From a virus (taxonomy: Duplodnaviria > Heunggongvirae > Uroviricota > Caudoviricetes): a stretch of 30,004 nucleotides of DNA. This document shows positions 1-7,479 of the stretch, piece after piece. A program made the translations under genes and the position numbers. Below the pieces are notes generated by a model. It was not told where the DNA came from. It did not search any database and saw only the letters and a program-made list of their open reading frames with translations. The stretch is taken from the IMG/VR virus record IMGVR_UViG_2872198387_000003; one strand, given 5' to 3'. Each line of letters opens with the position of its first letter. Position 1 is the stretch's first letter.

Positions 1-84
1 ATGGCGGGTTATTTGTCCTGGTTATTCCCCCGTTGTAAAATCTCTCCTAAACTTAACGGTACGGCACCACACTTCGGGGATGAA

Positions 85-276
85 ATGTTCGCGCTGGTAC
101 TTTTTGTTTGCTACCTAGATGGCGGTTGTGAAGATATTGTTGTGGATGTCTACAACACGGAACAGCAGTGTCTTTATTCTATGAGCGATCAACGGATCCG
201 CCATGGCGGTTGTTTTCCGATTGAGGATTTTATAGATGGTTTCTGGCGACCAGCACAGGAGTATGGTGATTTTTAA
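85..276 (+). CDS. yebW: small protein YebW
   Basis: 63-aa ORF MFALVLFVCYLDGGCEDIVVDVYNTEQQC... recognised from memory as E. coli YebW. It sits next to pphA as in K-12. The ORF-track extension back to nt 1 is probably upstream read-in. Confidence 0.7.
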   Translation: MFALVLFVCYLDGGCEDIVVDVYNTEQQCLYSMSDQRIRHGGCFPIEDFIDGFWRPAQEYGDF

Positions 277-532
277 TTATTGCAGTTGCACAAGAGTCAG
301 TTAGCCCCCAAAGACAGCACCGGTATCAATATAATGCAGGTTGCCAATATCCACGCGATGTCGCAACGGTGTATGACCAAACCAGAAATGATCAGCACCT
401 GTAATTCCCTGCCCTTTTGGGCGTTCACCTAATCGCGAGCGGCTCCACAAGACCTGATGCAAATCAACGTCCTTTTGCCATTCATAAACTGAGGTGTACT
501 GGCAATAGCGGACACTACCATTTGTTCTTTTT

Positions 533-1351
533 TTAAGCAGCCATCTGATGATATTTTTCCCTGAAGGCTGCCGGGGAGATATTCCCCAGACGAGAGTGAC
601 GACGCTGACGATTGTAGAAAATCTCAATGTATTCCCGTATTACTGAGATGGCTTCATCCCGGTTATTAAAACGATAGTGGCTCAGGCTCTCATTTTTCAG
701 CGTTCCCCAGAAGCTTTCCATCGGAGCGTTGTCGTAACAGTTACCTTTACGCGACATTGATGTTTTCAGACCAGACTGCTCCTGTATGACCCGGTAATCG
801 TATGCGCAGTACTGTGAACCTCGATCAGAGTGGTGGATTAGCCCGGCAGGTGGGCGCTGGCTCCTGAGCGCCATAAACAGGGCTTTACCTGTCAGCTCTT
901 TTGTCATGCGCTCTCCCATGGCGTAGCCGACAATTTCGCACGTATAAACATCTTTGATGCCAGCGAGGTACAACCATCCCTCCTGTGTGGCAACATACGT
1001 CAGGTCCGCCACCCAGACCTGATTTGGTGCTGTAGGAGCGAACGTCTGGTTCAGCAGATTTGGCGCAACTGGCAGATTGTGGTTCGGGTTCGTAGTCGCT
1101 CTGAACTTGCGTTTCTGCTTACAGCGTAGCCTTAGCTCCTTACGAAGACGTGCCAGTCGGTCACGACCAACGATGATGCCATTCTCTGCCAGCTCCGTCT
1201 GGAGCCGCCGGGTTCCATATGTTTCGCGAGTGCGGATATGTGCCACCTTAATCTCCAGTTTTAGCCGCTCATCACTTTGTTTTCTGTCTGAGGGTTCATG
1301 CTGTACCCAGTTGTAATAACCGCTCCTGGATACACCAAATACCTGACACAT
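533..1351 (-). CDS. IS600 OrfB (DDE integrase-type transposase)
   Basis: 272-aa ORF with an IS3-family DDE core (...WVADLTY..., ...HSDRGSQY..., ...DNAPMESFW...). Lies downstream of orfA in the -1 frame. Confidence 0.9.
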   Translation of the reverse strand: MCQVFGVSRSGYYNWVQHEPSDRKQSDERLKLEIKVAHIRTRETYGTRRLQTELAENGIIVGRDRLARLRKELRLRCKQKRKFRATTNPNHNLPVAPNLLNQTFAPTAPNQVWVADLTYVATQEGWLYLAGIKDVYTCEIVGYAMGERMTKELTGKALFMALRSQRPPAGLIHHSDRGSQYCAYDYRVIQEQSGLKTSMSRKGNCYDNAPMESFWGTLKNESLSHYRFNNRDEAISVIREYIEIFYNRQRRHSRLGNISPAAFREKYHQMAA

Positions 1352-1386
1352 CGCTTCAATGGGAAATTGTTGTCGCCATTGTTCGA

Positions 1387-1689
1387 TTAACGCGTATTTT
1401 TCAGCGACTCCTGTGCAAAATACGCTGTTGCTTTTTTTAATATATCTCGCTCAAGGCGAGCTTCATTTAACGCCTTACGCAGTTGCAGAATTTCAGATTC
1501 CAGTTCAGCCACCGTGCGGGAACCAGGAGTACCGAGCCCTTTTCTGGCGGCGGTAACCCATTGTCCTAAAGTGCCTTCAGGAAGAGATAATCGGGAAGCG
1601 CCTTCACTGATCGAAAGTTGATTTTCAAGAACCGTTCTGACAGCTTCGGCTTTGAACTCTTTAGAGTAACGTTGGGTTTTTCTGCTCAT
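1387..1689 (-). CDS. IS600 OrfA (HTH transposase subunit)
   Basis: 100-aa ORF MSRKTQRYSKEFKAEAV..., found identical in all four IS600 copies. SD-like GGAGC upstream. Confidence 0.9.
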   Translation of the reverse strand: MSRKTQRYSKEFKAEAVRTVLENQLSISEGASRLSLPEGTLGQWVTAARKGLGTPGSRTVAELESEILQLRKALNEARLERDILKKATAYFAQESLKNTR

Positions 1690-2805
1690 TATTAGCTCCT
1701 TCTGATGCCATTCTATTTCAGGAAGGAGTGTCCGTTAAACTCAGGCTACCTCAAACATCATCTGGATAATCGGCATGAGCAATAACATGCTTGCCGGTGC
1801 GACTGTGTACTTCAAGAATAAAGGGCAAATGCTGACATTTTTCCAGCGCCGTTTTCGCTTGTTTCTGTTGATTATCTGCCAGCGCAATAAACCAGTCGCC
1901 GCCATTCATCAACCACAAAGACATCTGCTGGAATGCCAGCGCATCCATCGCCATCTGTTCATGATTGCCTCTTACCGCACGAACCCAATGTTGTTCCAGT
2001 AACTGCAGACAACGTAAACTTTGCGGCCCACGATCGATAACGTCTCCCACTGAGATAAGTAAATCTCGCCACGGATCAAAACGACAATGCCATAATTTGC
2101 GGCGCAACTGCTCAAGACAACCGTGTATATCGCCAGAAAGCCAGATATGTCGCCATTGATGACCCGCAATTCTCTGATAAACGGGCGCAGGCTGTTTCAT
2201 CAATATTTTCCTCCCGCGCTAAAGATCACATAATCTTAACAAGAATGTTAAAAAACGCTGGACTCAGACAGTAGAGTGTGTGTTATGGTTGACTATAAAG
2301 TCAGCGAAGGAAATGCTTCTGGCTTTTAACAGATAAAAAGAGACCGAACATGATTCCTGTTTTCGTCAACAAACAATAAAACCCTTTAAAATTAATGCGT
2401 TGAATAAATTTACGTTCATCTTTTAATCCCTGACACGTACCATTGCATATTAATACATTCAACCAGTTACCATTTTTTTCGAGTTTTTTAGAGAAATTTT
2501 CGGGAATATTTCAGGTCAATCCATGCAGACGCAAGCAATTCCTGTATTGAATAATTCCGTAGCAATTATGTAAAATCATCTCCGGCTGATTTTCATTCAA
2601 ACTCGCGCTATCGAACATCCATCAGCCAGCCGTGGCACGTTCTTGCATACGACGTGCTACGGTTTCCTTTACGATTTGGGGTTGCGACTTTACCTCTATT
2701 GATAATGCATTCCGGCAGAACGTTCAAATATGAAGTACGATGTTTAACTAACCGAAAAACAAGAACAATACGGTGCAAGCAAGCTATTCACAGTTAACTG
2801 AAACA

Positions 2806-2822
2806 GTATCGTTTTTTTACAG
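2806..2822 (+). promoter_or_regulatory. MxiE box (MxiE/IpgC-dependent promoter element) upstream of ipaH
   Basis: GTATCGTTTTTTTACAG matches the published MxiE-box consensus GTATCGTTTTTTTANAG at 17/17. A TATAAT lies at 2842-2847, 19 nt downstream, and the ipaH start is about 130 nt downstream. Confidence 0.8.
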
Positions 2823-2950
2823 CCAATTTTGTTTGTCCTTTTATAATAAAAAAGTGCTGAAGTTCATTTCATGGAATGAACTTCATAAAAACTCCTACTT
2901 ATTTCTTTTAACAAAGCCATTTGTCCATCGGCTTTAACTGAATGTCCATC

Positions 2951-4657
2951 ATGTTACCGATAAATAATAACTTTTCATTGTCCCAAAATTCTTTTTATAA
3001 CACTATTTCCGGTACATATGCTGATTACTTTTCAGCATGGGATAAATGGGAAAAACAAGCGCTCCCCGGTGAAAATCGGAATGAAGCGGTCTCCCTACTT
3101 AAAGAATGTCTCATCAATCAGTTCAGTGAGCTTCAACTGAATCGTTTAAATCTGTCCTCGCTACCTGACAACTTACCACCTCAAATCACTGTTCTGGAAA
3201 TTACTCAGAATGCCCTAATATCATTACCAGAATTGCCAGCATCGCTGGAATACCTTGACGCCTGTGACAATCGCCTGTCAACACTTCCTGAATTACCCGC
3301 ATCTCTGAAACATCTTGATGTAGATAACAACCAACTAACCATGCTTCCTGAATTGCCTGCATTGCTGGAATATATTAATGCAGATAACAATCAGCTAACC
3401 ATGCTTCCTGAATTACCTACATCGCTGGAAGTGCTCTCAGTAAGAAATAACCAGCTGACATTTCTCCCTGAGTTACCTGAATCACTGGAAGCGCTCGATG
3501 TAAGTACTAATCTTCTGGAAAGCCTACCAGCCGTACCTGTAAGAAATCATCACTCAGAGGAAACCGAGATATTTTTCCGGTGCCGCGAGAATCGCATCAC
3601 ACACATTCCGGAAAATATACTTAGCCTTGATCCGACCTGCACTATCATCCTCGAAGACAATCCTCTGTCCTCACGGATCAGGGAGTCTCTGTCGCAACAA
3701 ACCGCCCAACCGGACTACCACGGCCCACGGATTTACTTCTCCATGAGTGACGGACAACAGAATACACTCCATCGCCCCCTGGCTGATGCCGTGACAGCAT
3801 GGTTCCCGGAAAACAAACAATCTGATGTATCACAGATATGGCATGCTTTTGAACATGAAGAGCACGCCAACACCTTTTCCGCGTTCCTTGACCGCCTTTC
3901 CGATACCGTCTCTGCACGCAATACCTCCGGATTCCGTGAACAGGTCGCTGCATGGCTGGAAAAACTCAGTACCTCTGCAGAGCTTCGACAGCAGTCTTTC
4001 GCTGTTGCTGCTGATGCCACTGAAAGCTGTGAGGACCGTGTCGCGCTCACATGGAACAATCTCCGGAAAACCCTCCTGGTCCATCAGGCATCAGAAGGCC
4101 TTTTCGATAATGATACCGGCGCTCTGCTCTCCCTGGGCAGGGAAATGTTCCGCCTCGAAATTCTGGAGGATATTGCCCGGGATAAAGTCAGAACTCTCCA
4201 TTTTGTGGATGAGATAGAAGTCTACCTGGCCTTCCAGACCATGCTCGCAGAGAAACTTCAGCTCTCCACTGCCGTGAAGGAAATGCGTTTCTATGGCGTG
4301 TCGGGAGTGACAGCAAATGACCTCCGCACTGCCGAAGCCATGGTCAGAAGCCGTGAAGAGAATGAATTTACGGACTGGTTCTCCCTCTGGGGACCATGGC
4401 ATGCTGTACTGAAGCGTACGGAAGCTGACCGCTGGGCGCTGGCAGAAGAGCAGAAATATGAGATGCTGGAGAATGAGTACCCTCAGAGGGTGGCTGACCG
4501 GCTGAAAGCATCAGGTCTGAGCGGTGATGCGGATGCGGAGAGGGAAGCCGGTGCACAGGTGATGCGTGAGACTGAACAGCAGATTTACCGTCAGCTGACT
4601 GACGAGGTACTGGCCCTGCGATTGCCTGAAAACGGCTCACAACTGCACCATTCATAA
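2951..4657 (+). CDS. ipaH: IpaH-family type III secreted E3 ubiquitin ligase (LRR + NEL domains)
   Basis: The N-terminus MLPINNNFSLSQNSFYNTISGTYADYF... is followed by LPELPxSLxxL leucine-rich repeats. The C-terminal domain is the conserved IpaH type, including the catalytic CEDR motif and ...GAQVMRETEQQIYRQLTDEVLALRL. The ORF also opens at ATG 2942; the start at 2951 was chosen by family conservation. Confidence 0.95.
   Translation: MLPINNNFSLSQNSFYNTISGTYADYFSAWDKWEKQALPGENRNEAVSLLKECLINQFSELQLNRLNLSSLPDNLPPQITVLEITQNALISLPELPASLEYLDACDNRLSTLPELPASLKHLDVDNNQLTMLPELPALLEYINADNNQLTMLPELPTSLEVLSVRNNQLTFLPELPESLEALDVSTNLLESLPAVPVRNHHSEETEIFFRCRENRITHIPENILSLDPTCTIILEDNPLSSRIRESLSQQTAQPDYHGPRIYFSMSDGQQNTLHRPLADAVTAWFPENKQSDVSQIWHAFEHEEHANTFSAFLDRLSDTVSARNTSGFREQVAAWLEKLSTSAELRQQSFAVAADATESCEDRVALTWNNLRKTLLVHQASEGLFDNDTGALLSLGREMFRLEILEDIARDKVRTLHFVDEIEVYLAFQTMLAEKLQLSTAVKEMRFYGVSGVTANDLRTAEAMVRSREENEFTDWFSLWGPWHAVLKRTEADRWALAEEQKYEMLENEYPQRVADRLKASGLSGDADAEREAGAQVMRETEQQIYRQLTDEVLALRLPENGSQLHHS
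3224..3523 (+). repeat. five tandem 60-bp units encoding the IpaH LRR modules
   Basis: CTTCCTGAATT(A/G)CC(T/C)GCA..CTGGAA... recurs every 60 bp, giving 20-aa repeats LPELPASLEYLDACDNRLST, LPELPASLKHLDVDNNQLTM and so on. Confidence 0.85.
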
Positions 4658-4699
4658 TCACATCGCATAAACCACAGACCGGACTGACTCCGGAAAAAC

Positions 4700-4721
4700 G
4701 GAGGCCCGCCCCCGGGCCTCC
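4700..4721. terminator. GC-rich hairpin between convergent ipaH and tfa
   Basis: GGAGGCCC-gccccc-GGGCCTCC is an 8-bp perfect stem lying 43 nt after the ipaH stop. There is no clear U-tract, so its role as a terminator is tentative. Confidence 0.35.
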
Positions 4722-4836
4722 CCGGATTCATCCGTTTCCCTGTTCAGCCTGACAGCACGCCCCGGCTGCCGGATGACAGACTCCGCTTCGGTAAGCAAAG
4801 CGGTCTTCTGTGATTCCGCCAGTTGCGGCTTATTCA

Positions 4837-5400
4837 TTACTCAACGTCAAACGCCCGAATTGAAGCCAAATCATCCAGACCGCTCAGCTCCTCTTTCATT
4901 TCACGCTGACGGCGATAAATCTCATCGTTGCGATCGACCTGCGCCTGCACCATTGCTGCCGCCAGTTCTTCCAGTTCCGGCATCGACAGTTTCACCTGCT
5001 GATTATCGGCATCGCTCCACGCCATATGTGTTTGTGCTGTGACAGATTTTGCCAGCATGACTACCGGGGACAGGCGGCCCAGTGAATCGGGACCAGCATT
5101 CCAGATACGACCGTTCCATTCAAACGTGAACAGCTTCGCCTCCTGTTCTGCGCGCCATGCTTCAATTTCCTGACGTCTGGCCTCTCTGGCCGCTTCCAGC
5201 ATTTCTGGTGTCACAGTGAATGGGGCTATCTCACCCCATTTGCCGCTTTGCAGTTCCTGCCAGATTTGCTGACCCGTCGGAGCGACATCATCAGCGGTGG
5301 CTGTGTAGGGGACTGCCTGGTCCCTGTCGTCAAAAAAAACGTCACAGTCTACTGCGCCACTTTCGGTATAACGGGGATTAATGATTTTTTTAATTTCCAC
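4837..5400 (-). CDS. phage tail fibre assembly (chaperone) protein
   Basis: 187 aa from GTG 5400, preceded by GAGGAA. It directly follows a tail-fibre 3' end whose stop overlaps this SD. Acidic C-terminus ...ELEELAAAMVQAQVDRNDEIYRRQREMKEEL. The family call was made by eye. Confidence 0.6.
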   Translation of the reverse strand: MEIKKIINPRYTESGAVDCDVFFDDRDQAVPYTATADDVAPTGQQIWQELQSGKWGEIAPFTVTPEMLEAAREARRQEIEAWRAEQEAKLFTFEWNGRIWNAGPDSLGRLSPVVMLAKSVTAQTHMAWSDADNQQVKLSMPELEELAAAMVQAQVDRNDEIYRRQREMKEELSGLDDLASIRAFDVE

Positions 5401-5410
5401 GGTGCATTCC

Positions 5411-5577
5411 TCACGATGTGCGAATAAAAAGCCCGGGCATTGCGCCAGAGACATGAGCATCCGGCACCCCGGACAGGGCGCAATATGACCCCGGTAATGA
5501 ATGCTCTGAACATCCCGTAATGAAAAATTGTGGGGATGCTATATACGTTCCGGTGGGAGTACTGGGCACTGAAATCC
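5411..5577 (-). pseudogene. 3' stub of a phage tail fibre gene
   Basis: The frame ...ISVPSTPTGTYIASPQFFITGCSEHSLPGSYCALSGVPDAHVSGAMPGLFIRTS-stop ends just before the tfa start. Its upstream part is replaced by IS-derived sequence at about 5578. Confidence 0.45.
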
Positions 5578-6042
5578 CTGATATCGTGTTCTCTGGCGAT
5601 CCGGGCAACAACAGCCCCAGGCTGTAACGCCTGCTTAGCCAGACGGACCTTAAATTCACGGCTATAGCTGGTTCGCCGTTCTTTTCGCCATGAGCCTTCT
5701 CTGATTTGAGGCTCTGTTAATTCCTTCTTTCTGTTGGCATAAAGGATGGCGTCAAGTTGAGCGAATGAAACTGAATCGGGCAATGGCCATGCGATACCGG
5801 ATGCAAGAAATCGCTGAAAAAGCGTATGTATTGTGGAATGACTGAGACCCAGACGCTGAGCGATGGCCCGGATGGTCAGTTTATCTTCAAATCTTAAACG
5901 CAGGGCATCAGGCAAATAAGAACGGAAGCAGGGAATATCTTTTGTTGTCTGGGAATTCATCGTTCGTGTCCATCAATATAGATGGGCGCGATTGTTGCCA
6001 GACAGGACAATTTTCACAAGACGTCGCTGATGGGGCGCTTAC
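5578..6042 (-). mobile_element. truncated IS remnant(s) with a transposase N-terminal HTH fragment; family unresolved
   Basis: The ORF from 5960 has LTIRAIAQRLGLSHSTIHTLF...GIAWPLPDSVSFAQLDAILY (IstA/IS408-like), then RRTSYSREFKVRLAKQALQPGAVVARIAREHDI (IS66/IS3 OrfA-like). It then runs into tail-fibre DNA. The outer end reads GTAAGCGCCCCATCAGCGACG and abuts IS911 nt 61. Confidence 0.5.
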
Positions 6043-6103
6043 TGTTGTTCTGAGGTGAGCATATCACCTCTGTTCAGGTGGCCAAATTCAGTGTGCCACT
6101 TCA
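6043..6103 (-). mobile_element. IS911 left-end remnant (first 61 bp)
   Basis: The reverse complement equals nt 1-61 of the complete IS911 at 15036 (TGAAGTGGCACACTGAATTTGGCCACCTGAACAGAGGTGATATGCTCACCTCAGAACAACA). Confidence 0.9.
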
Positions 6104-6259
6104 AATTAAGCATTGCCAGAATGATTACATACCAGCGTTAATGGCTAACCAACGAAGCCAAGGTTGGTAATTAAGGAGTTCTCCACGGGTGAGGTGGAGT
6201 GCGTGCGCCGGACACGGGTGAGTATCCGGCATGTTCTTTAAAAATCTGAATACCTTGAC

Positions 6260-6706
6260 TCAAAAATCATTATTGAAATTGTAGTCCATGAGATACTCAT
6301 TTTTACAGGAGGGGCATTGAGTTTTCGTATATTTATCGCCTTCCTCGATAGGGAAAGGTTGCAATATAGATATTGCTCTCTTCGCAAAACATTCTGGACA
6401 AAAATACATGGTAATCTTGCCAGAGCTAGTATTGCACTGTCTGGCATACACAATCGTTCCAGTAATCAATTAGCGAGGTTCGCAGTCTTCACTTTGGAAC
6501 TTAAACTTTTCTATCTCCGTGAGTTTTGCTTTGAGCGCAGCCTCATTGCTTTTAGAGATTGTCAGCTCATCAATGAGAGACAAATATTCAAGCTGAATGC
6601 TTGACAACTTAGAGTTTATTTCAGACACAGCGCGATCAACCTCAGCCTGAGTTTTTGCTTCATTGAATAATTTTAACATTGATGCAGTCTCTTTGAGAGC
6701 TGACAT
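6260..6706 (-). pseudogene. coiled-coil + zinc-ribbon protein split by one in-frame TAA
   Basis: The ORFs 6470-6706 (78 aa, heptad-rich) and 6260-6469 (69 aa, CPEC...CPSC) are contiguous in one frame and separated only by TAA at 6470-6472. The downstream piece would need a TTG start. AT-rich. No family recognised. Confidence 0.5.
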
Positions 6707-6736
6707 CGCTAATACATCACTTGCTCACTCTTCTTA

Positions 6737-6781
6737 TTGTTGGGGTATTCAGATTATACAAATTTCTTGTTGTTGGGGAAT
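6737..6781 (-). promoter_or_regulatory. candidate promoter with flanking 9-bp direct repeats (operator-like)
   Basis: On the minus strand a TATAAT (6753-6758) is bracketed by CCCCAACAA at 6737-6745 and 6770-6778. It lies 30-70 nt upstream of the ATG at 6706. Confidence 0.35.
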
Positions 6782-6936
6782 AACAGGAACCACCTCGCCT
6801 GACGTAGTTAAAAGCAGGCACACAACGCGAAATGACGCGGCGGTAAGTATGGCGGAGTTATTCCTTCCCCGTTGAGGACACCGGGTTGTCAGGTTGACCA
6901 TACGCTTAAGTGACAACCACGCCACAACACTCCATG

Positions 6937-6992
6937 TTGATTGGTACCTTTGGCGGCATCAGTTTCATTGCTGGCTGATGTCCGCCCTTTTT
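6937..6992 (+). ncRNA. dicF: DicF-like sRNA
   Basis: TTGATTGGTACCTTTGGCGGCATCAGTTTCATTGCTGGCTGATGTCCGCCCTTTTT resembles remembered K-12 DicF (...GTTTGGCGGTATCAGTTTT...GCCGCCCTTTTT). The terminal hairpin GGCGGCATCAG/CTGATGTCCGCC is followed by a U-tract. The prophage early-left context fits. Confidence 0.6.
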
Positions 6993-7198
6993 AAAGTGAA
7001 TTTTGTGATGCGGTGAATGCGGCTGAGCGCACGCGGAACAGTTAAAAAGCGATTAGTTCCCACGTATCGGGTGGTTATGGGTTTCCCTGTATCCGGCGTT
7101 AATTGTTAACTGGTTAACGTCACCTGGAGGCACCAGGCACCGCATCAACAAAGTTCACTTCGGTGATGAAAGGTAAGAGAAAATGTTGAATGTAGCTA

Positions 7199-7227
7199 TT
7201 GAAAACCAGAACGGGTGGAATTATAGT
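7199..7227 (+). promoter_or_regulatory. sigma70-type promoter of the rha leader
   Basis: TTGAAA, 17 nt spacer, TATAGT. Homologous in position to the pR'-like promoter of the second module at 19062-19091. Confidence 0.5.
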
Positions 7228-7287
7228 GCATCTGCACCTCATAAAACGGGGGCCGGGCGTGGAAACCCGAACGTTACTCGAGCGCAT

Positions 7288-7310
7288 AGCCGCGCTGAAG
7301 CGGTTTTTTT
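7288..7310 (+). terminator. weak intrinsic terminator in the rha leader
   Basis: AGCCGC-gctgaa-GCGGTT followed by T7. Same position as the stronger terminator of module B. Confidence 0.45.
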
Positions 7311-7338
7311 ATGCGTAATGCACAGCTCCATTCAAATT

Positions 7339-7450
7339 ATGGTGGGATGTGCAGGGCAGTCGCAAGACTGGCCGGGTTCTCGAGTGACCGGTATTTCCAC
7401 CCCTGTACGTCTCACCACCCTTATGGTCGTGGAAAACCTCGGTGGTGAGT
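7339..7450 (+). ncRNA. c4/CI-type structured antisense RNA candidate, copy A
   Basis: Hairpins are CAGTC-GCAA-GACTG, CCGG-gttCTCGAGTGA-CCGG and CTCACCACC-21 nt-GGTGGTGAG. The CTCGAGTGA loop is complementary to TCACTCGAG (7462-7470), which overlaps the rha SD. A diverged copy at 18843-18945 keeps all helices through compensatory changes. Confidence 0.65.
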
Positions 7451-7479
7451 TAATTAACTTATCACTCGAGGATGCCATC

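Larger units (their letters stand above)
490..1753 (-). mobile_element. IS600 copy 1 (IS3 family), simple insertion
   Basis: 1264 bp. Ends are TGAGGTGTACTGGCAATAGCGGACAC ... GTGTCCGTTAAACTCAGGCTACCTCA. Carries orfA plus orfB. Flanked by the direct repeat AAC (487-489 and 1754-1756). Confidence 0.95.
277..2200 (-). pseudogene. pphA: serine/threonine protein phosphatase 1 (PrpA), disrupted by IS600 and carrying a premature stop
   Basis: The N-terminal part (1754-2200) has GDIHG, GDVIDRG and GNHE metallophosphatase motifs. The C-terminal part (301-489) continues ...YEWQKDVDLHQVLW.... The two are separated by IS600 with a 3-bp AAC duplication. A TAA at 301-303 is followed in frame by LTLVQLQ-stop (277-300), which looks like the native C-terminus. 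Confidence 0.85.

Noticed and set aside
301-627. ORFs beginning MRFSTIVSVVTLVWGISPRQPSGKNIIRWLLKKRTNGSVRYCQYTS at every IS600 copy (301-627, 11316-11825, 16991-17638, 29431-29625).
   Set aside because: The shared N-terminus is encoded antisense to the 3' end of orfB and reads out through the IS600 terminus into whatever lies next to it. The differing tails are flanking genes or noise, so these are read-out artefacts rather than genes.
3205-4661. Multiple 60-130-aa ORFs on both strands inside ipaH (3205-3390, 3678-4059, 3825-4217, 4091-4402, 4368-4661).
   Set aside because: They lie entirely within the well-supported ipaH coding frame and are shadow ORFs of a GC-balanced gene.
5349-5960. The 203-aa ORF called across 5349-5960.
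   Set aside because: It is chimeric. The transposase HTH fragments read through the junction at about 5578 into an out-of-frame translation of the tail-fibre 3' end and the tfa start.
7183-7479. An open reading frame runs in phase into rha (99 codons), and an analogous 44-codon frame runs in front of ant (18816-18947). Both start MxGCxG.
   Set aside because: Apart from the first few residues, the two translations share almost no amino-acid similarity. The nucleotide differences instead preserve RNA helices through compensatory pairs. The A frame also runs through a terminator and a promoter. This is treated as structured RNA, not an N-terminal extension.
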